A stretch of DNA of 64,000 bases from Macrostomum lignano (Eukaryota), in contig NIVC01000296.1 of the NCBI GenBank assembly GCA_002269645.1, forward strand, positions 639,015 through 703,014. The letters are read 5' to 3'. Below, piece after piece: positions 1 through 12,336 of the stretch. Position 1 is the stretch's first letter, and every line of letters starts with the position of its first letter. The position numbers were made by a program, and so were the translations under genes. The notes below the pieces were generated by a model. That model was not told the origin of the DNA. It made no database searches and was given only the letters and a program-made list of their open reading frames with translations.

Positions 1-365
1 GCGCCAGAATCCTTCATCATTCAGTCTGCCCCAGCATCCTTCATCATTCAATCTGCTACAGCATCCTTCATCATTTAATCTGCTACAGCATCCTTCATCA
101 CTCAATCTGCGCCAGAATCCTTCATCATTCAGTCTGCCCCAGCATCCTTCATCATTCAATCTGCTACAGCATCCTTCATCATTTAATCTGCTACAGCATC
201 CTTCATCATTCATCTGCTACAGCATCCTTCATCACTCAATCTGCGCCAGCATCCTTCATCATTCAATCTGCTACAGCATCCTTCATCATTTAATCTGCTA
301 TAGCATCCTTCATCATTCATCTGCTACAGCATCCTTCATCACTCAATCTGCGCCAGCATCCTTCA
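1..365. repeat. Degenerate minisatellite, unit about 25-27 bp (cagcatccttcatcattcaatctgcta)
   Basis: Repeated cagcatccttcatca core from the window start. Probably lies in a KICS2 intron. Confidence 0.9.
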
Positions 366-749
366 TCATGGCCGGACATTGCGTTCTAAGGCCGCATAAA
401 GGATTACAAGGTGCAGTGCGACACTACACAGGAGCGCTGTCTGATGGTGCAAGTTTGCCAAATTTTAAATTCACAACTTCGTACATTGAGATTTCAAACT
501 GAAAAAAAAATAAATTAACAAAAAAGCTAACGCAAACCTTTGGCTTGTCCATTATTGTGTCCAGACAATTTTTAACAAAGAACACATCTTGGGCGTGCAT
601 TCAATTATGCAATTGCAGGGCAGGTCAGTGTGAATGTGAAAGAAGATTTTCTGCATAATGACAAAAGCAAATAATGTTAAATATTAATTGCATTTACTTG
701 TTAACTACAGTTTAGGGAAAAACTAGAGAATTTCCGCAGTGGGAAAAGG

Positions 750-1198
750 ACTCAGTGAGTAGATGAAGAGGACTCAGTGAGGGATGAAAAGGACTCAGTG
801 AGTGGATGAAGGGGCCTCAGTGAGTGTGATGAAGGTGACTCAGTGGGGGATGAAGGTGACTCAGTGAGTTGATGAAGGTGACTCAGTGAGTTGATGAAGG
901 TGACTCAGTGAGTGTGATGAAGGTGACTCTGTGGGGGATGAAGGTGACTCAGTGAGTGGATGAAGGTGACTCAGTGAGTGGATGAGGTAATTCAGTGAGT
1001 TGATGAAGGTGACTCAGTGAGTTGATGAAGGTTACTCAGTGAGTTGATGAAGGTGACTCAGTGAGTGGATGAGGTAATTCAGTGAGTTGATGAAGGTGAC
1101 TCAGTGAGTTGATGAAGGTTACTCAGTGAGTTGATGAAGGTGACTCAGTGAGTTGATGAAGGTGACTCAGTGAGTGGATGAGGTAACTCAGTGAGTGG
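750..1198. repeat. Minisatellite, unit about 21-22 bp (gatgaaggtgactcagtgagtt)
   Basis: About 20 tandem copies. Many contain TGACTCA and the inverted repeat ACTCA-G-TGAGT. Confidence 0.9.
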
Positions 1199-1510
1199 TG
1201 ACAGGGGCTCATAGACTGGAGCTTCATGGAAAGGAAGCAGACTGAAGACAGTCTTCTCTAACTGCATTCTATTTAATTCGCCAGAAAACCAAACAAGGTA
1301 AGAACAACACACAGTGAGCAGGCAGTGACGACAGCAAATCTACTTAGCGGTTAAAGCGACAAACTGAAGGGTAAGGCAAACATTTGAAAGGAATTAAACT
1401 AGCTTAAGGACACAATCTAGCTAGAATAAGTGAAAACAAATAGCACTACAAATCTAGTGTTAAAAAGTTTCAAGAGTCAAGAGTCGGTGCTAACAAATAA
1501 TTATTCTCAC

Positions 1511-3695
1511 CTGAGACTCCGCCTCAGTGGGAGTCTGATGGGACAAAACCATAAAATTATCGAGAGATAAAATAATAGTCGGGAAGTCAATAACCATATC
1601 TGGATTATTTCAAATGCAAACAATAAAGCAAGAGTTCTGAACTCACGTATTTAGCGGCCTGGTCCTGCCACACCACCAGCCTATTGCTGACCTCGTGCAG
1701 GCTGAGCATGGACTCAAGAAAGTACAAATTGTTGATGCGGCCGCTGGCATTCAGCAGGTGAAACAGGATTTCCGTCTCGTCTCTTGATTGAAGGGACGCG
1801 AGGGCTTGGATTGAAATCTCAAATCTTAATTATGATCACGTGACCTAAATCTGAATCCCACAGTCCTTCAGAAACTGAATCCCACAGTCCCGAATCTGAA
1901 TCCCACAGTCCAGAATCTGAATCCCATAGTCCCGAATCTGAGTCCCACAATCTCGAACCTGAATCCCCTAGTCCCGAAGCTGAATCCCCTAGTCCCGAAT
2001 CTGAGTCCCACAATCTCGAATCTGAATCCCCTAGTCTTCTCGAATCTGAATCCCCTAGTCCCGAATTTGAATCCCAGAGTTCCGAATCTGAATCCCACAG
2101 TCCCGAATCTGAATCCCACAGTCCAGAATCTGAATCCCATAGTCCCGAATCTGAGTCCCACAATCTCGAACCTGAATCCCCTAGTCTTCTCGAATCTGAA
2201 TCCCCTAGTCCTGAATCTTAATCCCATAGTCCCGAATCTGAATCCCAGAGTTCCGAATCTGAATCCCACAGTCCCGAATCTGAATATCATAGTTCCGAAT
2301 GTAGATCCCACAGTCCCCGATATAGATCCCACAGTCCCGGGTGCAGATCCCAAGTTTCATACTCTTAACCCCACAATACTAGCAAAAAACATAAGCAATT
2401 AAAAATATCCTCCACGGGGGGATCTCGCACACTCACTCAAAACAGGTGGAAATTCCCGCCAGCTTGGGGTGGTGAAATTTCCCCCGATACCGCTGCATCA
2501 GGCATTCGACATCGCGTATAACAAAGTCGCGCGATTTCAATTGCAGCTGGTGTGGCGCCTGCTGGGCGGCTTGCGATTGCTGCTGCTGGTTCGGCGCCAA
2601 GGACTGCGAAGCCAGAGCTGCGTAGACGTCCATGAGATCCAAGCGGGCCTGAACGAACTCCACAAGTTGGTCGCTGACGTGGCTGACCAGCTTGGCCGAG
2701 GAGGCCCGAGAGACTCGCTGCAGCTCGGCGGACAGGCACCGGTAGGACTCGCGAAGGTTCTCCTTGCGAACGGTGAAGATCGGCGCCCGGGACTGCAGGT
2801 AGGAGAGGCTGTAGTAGGACTTTTCGTGTGAGCACAGCTCCGAGCAGGCGTTAAGGAAGGCGCGCCAGTTCGGCGACAGCACGGATTTGTTCTGGTCCAG
2901 CTCTTTGTCCTGCGGGTCAGTGAGTTAGTGAGTGAGTGAGTGAGTGAGTGAGTGAGTGAGTGAGTGAGTGAAGGGGGCCGTAGCCCAGCGGTAGCGCAGC
3001 TGCTCTGGTGTGCCAGCGACCCAGGCTCGATTCCAAGTGCAGTCACATTAATTTGGGGCTGAATTGGAATCTCGGCTTGGCTCTGCTCGTGCAATTAACG
3101 GCCTCGAGAGCCAACCCCCCAAGGCACAGTGAAGTGTACATGCCTAACGATAATATAAAGTTAGGGCCGCTGTACACTCCTGTGTGAGTGTGTGCCTGCG
3201 TACGTATCCGCGCGCTTGTATGCCTGCTCAGGGGAGTCGGCGGAATGGGCAGTAATGCCTCTCGCCGGTTGTGTGCCTATGTCGCTTAAAGTGCGACAGG
3301 GTGCACACAACCCCTCTGCCTCTAAAAAAAGAGTGAGTCAGTCAGTCAGTCGGTGAGTCAGTCAGTGAGCCAGTGAGTCAGACAGTCAGTCAGTGAGTTG
3401 GTGCATTTTTTTATGCATTTCTATTAAGTCTACATCTACATATCTACAGTCTCTTCATCCCACAACAATGTCCATCCTAGGCTAATTTAGCTTTGCTACA
3501 TGTAAATGGGGGTTTTATGCCAACTTGAGGCTTTAGACTATAGCAAAGAACAGGTATCCCTGGTCACCTGAGCCAGGCTGCTGGACTTACAATGATCTCC
3601 TTTGCTTTGTCAAAATGAAGAAATCGCAATGCTTCACTGAAAGAGTCCAAACTGGACCTTTCCACAAACTTTAAGTTGCCAGAGCCAAATTCTGC
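1511..3695 (-). CDS. KICS2: KICSTOR subunit 2 (C12orf66) orthologue, partial. Exons 3695-3591, 2909-2437, 1782-1647 and 1534-1511. The 3' exons lie left of the window and the first exon is unresolved.
   Basis: GT-AG exons join in phase (0,2,0). Translation VERSSLDSFSEALRFLHFDKAKEII / NWRAFLNACSELCSHEKSYYSLSYL...VSHVSDQLVEFVQARLDLMDVY...KFHHPKLAGISTCFE / DETEILFHLLNASGRINNLYFLESMLSLH is collinear with human C12orf66 as I recall it ([64 protein letters not shown]). Confidence 0.85.
1849..2350. repeat. Intronic 21-bp minisatellite (ctgaatcccacagtcccgaat)
   Basis: Tandem copies filling the KICS2 intron 1783-2436. Source of three low-complexity ORFs. Confidence 0.9.
2973..3330 (+). mobile_element. 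tRNA-derived SINE (family A, copy 1) within a (GAGT/CAGT)n microsatellite
   Basis: A-box-like tagcccagcgg (2981-2991), B-box-like ggctcgattcc (3024-3034) and an A7 tail at 3324-3330. Homologous blocks recur at 26680-27040. Confidence 0.75.
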
Positions 3696-4365
3696 CTGTA
3701 AGAAAATTTAATGCAATGGTTAATTGGCATGTATTGCAAGTTTGGGATTTCTTCTAGTAGGCTTTATGCAAGCAAGATTACTAAAGGAAGCTAAAAACAA
3801 AAAGGATATAAGGCTAGTTGTATAGGTAATCAAAGCTCTACTAATTTTTTTATTATCTAAGCTTTTGTTTTTAACTAAATAACAAACTACACAATTTTTG
3901 CATGTCAAATGTTTGACATTATTACCTAGGCTATAGTAAGGAACTCTAATGTCATAAAAATGATAATAATTTTAAAGTAAGCTTTTGGTACCTAGTGCCT
4001 TAATGGCTTTTTAAACATTAAAAAAACATTTAATTTCTAAATAATATTGATTTTTTCTAGACTACATTATTAAAAATTCTTTTTTTTAATTTTCAAGTTC
4101 ATAGTTTATTTATTAATTTAAAAATTCCAAATAGGTTAAGCTTAAGTTAGTTACTTATAATAATTAAATAGGTCTTTATAGACAAGCTTTTTATTGTCTA
4201 TAAACAATTAATTGGCTTTAAGTAGAGATAATTAATATTTTAATATTTTAGATAAAAAATAGGCCTAAGCCTAATAATATTAATATAATTGATAAATAAA
4301 GTATAAATGAAAAGTCACTAGTAGGCCTAATAACTAAAAGTTGTATATATATATTCTGAATGCAA

Positions 4366-4598
4366 ATAACTTTGGCCAATCAGTTTTTACCAATGTTAAA
4401 CCTAAATGTTAAAATGTGCATAGCCAATGTATATAACAAACTAAGTAAATAGCATGATTCTGCATCTATATTATGATGACTTATCTACCCTTCATCCATT
4501 GGTTAGCTATCCATTCTGATTATTGTCTAGTATGCAACTATCCTACTCATGTTAAATGTACATTTTAATGTCAGTAAAAACTGATTGGCCAAAGTTAT
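4366..4598. mobile_element. MITE-like element with 25-bp perfect terminal inverted repeats
   Basis: ataactttggccaatcagtttttac (4366-4390) is the exact reverse complement of 4574-4598. The interior is AT-rich and non-coding. Confidence 0.6.
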
Positions 4599-5678
4599 AT
4601 ACATTATTCTAATATTCATAAATATGAGCTAATCATTAGAAATATAAAACTTCAATAGTATCTAGCTAATAAATTCAAAGATACAATATGACAATTTAGC
4701 ATCTTAGCCTAAGACTTAGGGTCAAAATTAAGGGTGCCAAAATTAAATTTGATAGGGCTTTTGTCATATGGGGGCATAACTATCACAAAAAACTAACTAA
4801 CCCAGTACCAATACTGCCTATAGTAGGCCAAATATGACTATGGCCATGGGTGAGCAGGGTGACTAGGGCCTACTAGTGGCTAGTATCCATATCCACACTA
4901 CAGAAGCAAAAAGTCTCATCTGATTTAAGCTGATCAAAAAATATTTATAGGCCTAAGCTGAGAAAAAAAACTTTTTCTGACTGGTCTTCTAGGCATACAT
5001 ACTATTCAGTAATTCACATACTGGCCTATGCAAGTTCAACATTGACGAACGAACGAGCACGAAGAAGTTATATTAAAACTCGTTTACTGATCCCGTGTCA
5101 ACTTGGCGCCAAATGCTTTTCATAGACATTAACAAATATGTTGTTGTCTATGTTGTTGTTGTTGTTGTTGTTATCATGTGCAAAGGCACTTGAGGACTAA
5201 ATTTGGTGAGGATTAAAAACTTATTACAATCTACACTGTAGCAGTCTGAGTAGTAGATTATATTATAAATTATACAGTGTACACTGTTATGCATACATGT
5301 ATGTACCACCGATACTGCAAGCACCGATCACGGGCGATCAATAGGGATAAAAGAATAAAAATAGACATATTATGTGCATATGTACATGTACTCGAGCTTT
5401 AAATATTATTGATGTGTACAAAAATACCCATAGAGCCACCGCAAAGCAAAAACATGTGTGGCACGTCTATGGCAGATAGTCCCAGAATAGCTTAACCTAA
5501 GCTTAACCCACTGAGTTAAGTAAATACATACCGACGTCGGGAACCAGAAGTAGCTTAATGAAGTTTTTGAGCCGCTGTTCAATTAATACTACAGGGCCCA
5601 TATCGATCGATTAATTAACTTTTTCATTCGGCCCATGACAGTTCGAGGTTGATAAAGTTCTCCTTTGGTGCTTTCGAG

Positions 5679-8600
5679 ATGCGAAATCCGGCTGCTGTCC
5701 TGCTGATCGTCAGTGTCCTGGCTGGGTCTGTGTGCTTAGTCAGCTCTGATGAAGCCAAACCTACCGAGTTCTATAGTGAGTATATGTAGTGAGTACTATA
5801 TACACACATATTTTGCAGCGCACGAAAATGTTGATTGAGTTTTGTCAATAACTACAACGATGAACAGGTCCCATCTATCGTACTGTAACACACTGATCGA
5901 ATAGTGACTACACAATCGTGCTGTACAATGTACACGCAAATCTAAAACCTTTGCGAACATCATATGTAGCAACAATTTTCTCATAATAATAATGCATTCT
6001 TTTATTTTGAGCTTGATGCAACTGACTCAGTCTTGGGGTGGTTTTGTATCTCACATCACGTAGGCGATCCAAGAGTTATGTGTAAGATTTTTATTGTCAT
6101 TGACTCATGGAGTTTAATATCTATACGCTTCATTGTCCCTATAATTGCAGCAGAAGCCGATAGCTGTGGCGAAATAGTGGCTACACGAACTGGTGGCTAT
6201 CTAACCTCTCACAAATATTTTAACCGCTGCACCTACCCGATCGACCTCAAATGCACCTGGAAGCTGGTCAGCGTCCCAGAGGTCAACGACACTCGATTGG
6301 ACTTCAGTTTCGACGCTTACGAGATGCCGAGAGAAAATCAGCCGTGCAACGACATCTACTTGAGGTTCCATGATGGACACCGCCCGACTGGGAAAGTGAG
6401 TACAGCTATGAACTTAAAACATGGTTTGTCCAATTTAAGGCAGGGGTTGCAGGACAAGGGGTTGTCCACCTTGAAAGAGTAGGGGTTGTTCACTCTAAAA
6501 CAGTGATGCAAGAATCTCAATTTAAGACAGTGTGGATGTCGTTTCAACATATTTTAACTAGCTTATTGTACTCCAGAGCAACGCAGTTACTCCCTTTAAA
6601 CTGAGCAGGTCATCAAGGCTCTGTGCGAAGGGCGCAAGATTCCTAAGCCGTTTCGGTCATTCAGCAACAAGGTGTTCGTGGAATTCAATAGCGGACGGTT
6701 CAGCGCCAGAGGCTTCTTATTAAAATGGCAGCGCGTTCGTAAGTTGTTGCAGATTCGTCTCTGCTTTGTAGCAGAGGGTCCGTAAGTTGTTGCAGATTCG
6801 TCTCTGCTTTGTAGCAGAGAGTCCGTACTCTGTTGCAGATTCGTCTCTGCTTTGTAGCAGAGAGTCCGTATTCTGTTGCAGATTCGTCTCTGCTTTGTAG
6901 CAGAGAGTCCGTATTCTGTTGCAGATTCGTCTCTGCTTTGTAGCAGAGGGTCCGTAAGTTGTTGCAGATTCGTCTCTGCTTTGTAGCAGAGAGTCCGTAC
7001 TCTGTTGCAGATTCGTCTCTGCTTTGTAGCAGAGAGTCCGTATTCTGTTGCAGATTCGTCTCTGCTTTGTAGCAGAGGGTCCGTAAGTTGTTGCAGACTC
7101 GTCTCTGCTTTGTAGCAGAGAGTCCGTACTCTGTTGCAGATTCGTCTCTGCTTTGTAGCAGAGAGTCCGTATTCTGTTGCAGATTCGTCTCTGCTTTGTA
7201 GCAGAGGGTCCGTAATCTGTTGCAGATTCGTCTCTGCTTTGTAGCAGAGGGTCCGTAATCTGTTGCAGATTCGTCTCTGCTTTGTAGCAGAGGGTCCGTA
7301 AGTTGTTGCAGATTCGTCTCTGCTTTGTAGCAGAGAGTCCGTACTCTGTTGCAGATTCGTCTCTGCTTTGTAGCAGAGAGTCCGTATTCTGTTGCAGATT
7401 CGTCTCTGCTTTGTAGCAGAGAGTCCGTATTCTGTTGCAGATTCGTCTCTGCTTTGTAGCAGAGAGTCCGTATTCTGTTGCAGATTCGTCTCTGCTTTGT
7501 AGCAGAGAGTCCGTATTCTGTTGCAGATTCGTCTCTGCTTTGTAGCAGAGAGTCCGTATTCTGTTGCAGATTCGTCTCTGCTTTGTAGCAGAGAGTCCGT
7601 ATTCTGTTGCAGATTCGTCTCTGCTTTGTAGCAGAGGGTCCGTAAGTTGTTGCAGATTCGTCTCTGCTTTGTAGCAGAGGGTCCGTAAGTTGTTGCAGAT
7701 TCGTCTCAGACCAGATGACTAAGATTGACTCAATTTTCGCGCATAATCTTGCAGGAGACTGCCGAAAAGACGACTTCACGTGCAGCAACGGCGAATGCGT
7801 CCCCAAGGAGTCTCGCTGCGACGGCGGCAAAGGAGAGCACTTGCGAGACTGCTCTGACGGCTCCGATGAGATTAACTGTGAGCTGCGTGTTGATGAGTCG
7901 CATTGATCTGAAACTGTCTAAAAGACTTATTTTGCACCCCATTCACCGGAAATTCGTACCAGGCCCCATCCTGACGCGCTGCCCAGCGGGAGAGCTGCTC
8001 TGCGGTCACAAGCTCCAGTGCTACAAAGCGGAGCACAAATGCGACGGCTCTAGTAACTGCCGAGACGGCTCTGACGAGCAAGGCTGTGAGATCCAAGCAT
8101 AAAAGGTTATAAAGCTACCACAAATATCAAATAATTAGTCATTTCTATCCATTGCTACTTACAAAATCGAGCAAAATTGTAAAAAAATGCCGGTGTATTG
8201 GAGTGATCGCTTTTGAGGATCGGCGCTAGCGTTTTGAGTTATATTGAGCATAGAAGTCGTCACTATGAGAGCCTTGGTGTCTGACTATTCGCCTTAGCGT
8301 TCATCTGTTAGTCTATAAAAATTATCCAAAGCATCACTACATCAACTGGTTCATGAGCAGGCAAGAACCTTCAGGCCTGCAGCGAGGGCAAGACGCTGTG
8401 CGGGCACCAGCACAGCTGCGTGTCCACCACAAAGGTCTGCGACGGAGTTTCCGACTGCAAGGACAACAGCGACGAGGCCAACTGTAAGAAGAGATTTGTT
8501 TGATAAAATATTTTTCAGTCTTTTTTATTGTAAGCAATTTCGCCCTTGGGGAACTTTCAATGTGGGATAGCCAGCTGGCGTCAGTTGTAACGATTATGCA

Positions 8601-9295
8601 AATATGAGTAAATGAAGAGGTCAGAGGTCAAGGAGGAGAAATCAATTTTCATGGGGCAAATAATGATCATTAAAGACCATACACATACCTTTTTTACTCA
8701 CTATGACTTCAGTCCATCCAACTCATCATATTAGTCATAGTTAGGAGGTTGTAGGTGGACTGATCGAGGTCGGGGTTTCGATTCTTGACCTACTCGAAGC
8801 AATCGAAGCAAGACACTTAACTCTGCATTGCTTTAGTTCACCAAGCTGTAAAATGGGTACCAGCATTAGCTGGGGTTTTTGAGTGTGTGTAGCGACCCCC
8901 CCTTAGTCCTTGGACTGAACAGCCGTTCGCAGCCTTCAGGATGCGCCGCGCAATAGCTGCGGCTGAGCTGTCGGTTGTACATCTGCCCACTAGGGCAGGT
9001 GTAATCAATTATTAATACTATTAGTATTTTAATTGTTATTATTATTACCATCGTAGTCCAGCAATAAATCAAATAATTTATCAATCCATCAATCCCGCAA
9101 TCAAATAAAAAATCAATGAATTGCACCCGATAGGCTCGAGCTCAACCGTGTGCTCGAGCAGCCAGTTCCAGTGCAGACGGCAGGGGATCTGCATTGACAA
9201 GGCCAAGCGCTGCGACATGCGCCAGGACTGCATGGACAACACGGACGAGGAGGACTGTAAGAAATAAGCCGAAAGACAGACACTAAGACAGAAAG

Positions 9296-9362
<67 letters not shown>

Positions 9363-9363
9363 C

Positions 9364-9445
<82 letters not shown>

Positions 9446-11082
9446 TTTGCACCACCCTGTTTGGTTGCCAGGCTTGTACATCACGGGCACAGGCCCGCCC
9501 TGCGCACTGAACTACATATGGTGCCCAAAGCGGGCGACATGCCTGAAGTCCACTCTGGCCTGCAACGGCATCGACGACTGCGGCGACAACTCCGACGAAG
9601 CCAATTGTGAGTTTTGGCTTTGAGTTGCTGCTTCAGCTGAAAGAGCTCTCGGGTAGATAACGCGTAAATTAAAAAATCAATGAATAAAAAAATTAGCCAG
9701 CGCATGCATAAACTGCTTCGCAGGTCCAGCTGGCATAGACGATGTCTGCACAATCAACTGGATCAGCTGCGGCAACCAGCAGTACATCAACCTGGCGAAG
9801 CGGTGCGAGCCGTCAGCCTGGTGTTTCGATGGCAGTCACACAGCATTGCCCAGCCAGTGTGAGCTGTTTGTACACCTGGGGTACACATGGGTAGACAGTT
9901 GGTCAATAACAAAGTACTCAGAAGAAGAAAACCAATTCCTAGGGGACGGGTCGCAGATCGGGAGTTGACGCGTCTCACTCACGACCCACGACCCCTGATT
10001 CGAATCCGGGCTTGTGTGCCGTTCTCGCCTGTCCAATACAGAGAGTGATACAGAGCATACAGAGAGTGATACAGAGGATACAGAGAGTGATACAGAGCAT
10101 ACAGAGAGTGATACAGAGGATACAGAGAGTGATACAGAGGATACAGAGAGTGATACAGAGGATACAGAGAGTGATGCAGAGGATACAGAGAGTGATACAG
10201 AGGATACAGAGAGTGATGCAGAAGATACAGAGAGTGATGCAGAGGATACAGAGAATGATACAGAGGATACAGAGAGTGATACAAAGGATACAGAGAGTGA
10301 TACAGAGGATACAGAGAGTGATACAGAGGACACAGAGAGTGATGCAGAGGATACAGAGAGTGATACAGAAGATACAGAGAGTGATACAGAGGATACAGAG
10401 AGTGATGCAGAGGATACAGAGAGTGATACAGAGGATACAGAGAGTGATACAGAGGATACAGAGAGTGATGCAGAGGATGCAGAGAGTGATACAGAGGATA
10501 CAGAGTGTGATACAGAGGATGCAGAGTGACACAGAGGATACAGAGTGTGATACAGAGGATACAGAGAGTGATACAAAGGATACAGAGAGTGATACAGAGG
10601 ATACAGAGAGTGATACAGAGGACACAGAGAGTGATACAGAGGATACAGAGAGTGATGCAGAGGATACAGAGAGTGATACAGAGGATACAGAGAGTGATGC
10701 AGAGGATACAGAGAGTGATACAGAGGATGCAGAGTGACACAGAGGATACAGAGTGTGATACAGAGGATACAGAGAGTGATACAGAGGATACAGAGTGTGA
10801 TACAGAGCATACAGAGAGTGATACAGAGGACCCAGAGAGTGATACAGAGGATACAGAGAGTGATACAGAGGATACAGAGAGTGATGCAGAGGATACAGAG
10901 AGTGATACAGAGGATGCAGAGTGACACAGAGGATACAGAGTGTGATACAGAGGATACAGAGAGTGATACAGAGGATACAGAGTGTGATACAGAGCATACA
11001 GAGAGTGATACAGAGGATACAAATTCAACCTAAGCCAACTCGTATTTTTTATTTTCACTTTTCAGGTGCGCCAACTTCTTGA
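5679..11082 (+). CDS. Secreted protein, signal peptide + CUB + six LDL-receptor class A repeats (about 409 aa). Exons 5679-5775, 6151-6395, 6609-6738, 7755-7877, 7963-8085, 8361-8483, 9134-9256, 9493-9606, 9724-9858 and 11066-11082.
   Basis: All introns are GT-AG and the exons total 1230 nt in frame. N-terminus [23 protein letters not shown] is hydrophobic. CUB motifs [19 protein letters not shown] and [17 protein letters not shown]. Phase-1 exons each encode a C..F.C..G.C..CDG..DC.D.SDE..C unit; the sixth is divergent. No transmembrane segment. Confidence 0.85.
6739..7706. repeat. 43-bp intronic tandem repeat starting exactly at the splice donor
   Basis: Unit gtaagttgttgcagattcgtctctgctttgtagcagagggtcc and variants, about 22 copies. 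Confidence 0.95.
8732..8998 (+). mobile_element. tRNA-derived SINE with a CORE-like central domain
   Basis: Degenerate A and B boxes (8732-8745, 8775-8786). They are followed by gcaagacacttaactctgcattgctttagttcaccaagctgtaaaatggg (8808-8857), which resembles the MIR/AFC CORE consensus gcaagtcacttaacctctctgtgcctcagtttcctcatctgtaaaatggg. Confidence 0.6.
9270..9445. repeat. (GACA)n microsatellite
   Basis: Directly visible in the intron between LDLa exons. Confidence 0.95.
9943..10030 (+). mobile_element. Possible decayed tRNA-like SINE head
   Basis: gtcgcagatcgg followed by B-box-like gattcgaatccggg at tRNA-like spacing. Confidence 0.35.
10037..11020. repeat. 21-bp intronic minisatellite (gatacagaggatacagagagt)
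   Basis: About 45 copies with periodic 19-bp variants. Source of many repeat ORFs. Confidence 0.95.
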
Positions 11083-11933
11083 TTCCAAAATTCTGGCTCA
11101 CTACGCTTTAACCCTAAAGATTAGGCTGATAATGCTTACAGAGATTCATTTATTCAAACAAACAATTGAAAGATTTAATTTATAACGCATGAAACATTGC
11201 TTTTTTTATGATCCATGTGATCGACTAAATTTCAATGCAGAATTCTGTAATTTTCTCTTTCGGTGCAAGTGTCACAACATTATTTAATATTTTCATACGA
11301 TTTTTACTTTGAATTAAAAGTGACATTCTGTCAGTAAAATTATCAGTAAAATTGCGTAATTTATCTTTATGAGTAGTATATTGAGTGTAAAGGTAGAACT
11401 GATAGCTCGTAATGTCTAAACTGTACATGAAAATCCGAGTGTTGAGTGCTAATAAATGCTGTCCATTATAACAGATTTAAACGCTAAAATATTATTTTTT
11501 ATTGCGTAACGAGCTGGAACGTTCGTTTTGTCAGCTTTGTGTCAGAGGGTCAGTTTGGTCAGAGCATCCTGAAGCATCCCTTGTCGTCCACCTGAAGCAT
11601 GGGCAGCTCAAGCGTCTGGCATAAGAACATGAGCTGGCTAGCCTCAAGGGCCTTGGGCGGTGCTTCTCCTTCCCTCTCTCTCGTCCCTCCCCGCTCTGAG
11701 TTTGGCTCACAAGACAGTCCCTTACTGCCAGACCCACCACGGCCAGACGGGTTTTGTAAAGTTAATAAACCATCAGCAAGGCCATCAGTCAGTTACCACC
11801 GGCCGGGCGTCAGCCTCTGCCGCAAAAAACCAATTGTAAGTGCGTTGTACCGTCTTCTGTCATTCGTTTGCCAGGGCGGGGGGGAATTGAAGGTCCGAGT
11901 GTGACCTGTCCTTTCCTAAAGTACGTTCGTAAC

Positions 11934-12336
11934 AGACAGCACTGTGTGTTAGCAAGGCATCAAACTCAATAATTAACAGACAGCATTCTGTGTCAGCAAG
12001 GCATCAAACTCAATAATTAACAGACAGCATTCTGTGTCAGCAAGGCATCAAACTCAATAATTAACAGACAGCATTCTGTGTCAGCAAGGCATCAAACTCA
12101 ATAATTAACAGACAGCATTCTGTGTCAGCAGGGCATCAAACTCAATAATTAACAGACAGCATTCTGTGTTAGCAAGGCATCAAACTCAATAATTAACAGA
12201 CAGCATTCTGTGTTAGCAAGGCATCAAACTCAATAATTAACAGACAGCATTCTGTGTCAGCAAGGCATCAAACTCAATAATTAACAGACAGCATTCTGTG
12301 TCAGCAAGGCATCAAACTCAATAATTAACAGACAGC
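11934..12336. repeat. 44-bp tandem repeat, left part of an array interrupted by a LINE
   Basis: Unit ttaacagacagcattctgtgtcagcaaggcatcaaactcaataa, about 9 copies. The array resumes at 15402-15562. Confidence 0.95.

Noticed and set aside
1819-2402. WDSDSGL, GFRFGT and NLNPTVP ORFs
   Set aside because: Translations of a 21-bp repeat within a KICS2 intron.
5085-5130. Candidate first coding exon of KICS2 (MSMKSIWRQVDTGS)
   Set aside because: The donor is weak (gtaaac) and there is no recognisable homology, so it was left out of the model.
5745-5775. CTGATGA as a hammerhead ribozyme core (similar at about 8071 and 42714)
   Set aside because: These lie within coding exons, and I found no matching GAAA/stem architecture.
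6700-7830. 376-aa minus-strand ORF
   Set aside because: Antisense reading of the 43-bp intronic repeat.
9836-11058. Multiple long low-complexity ORFs
   Set aside because: Translations of a 21-bp intronic minisatellite.
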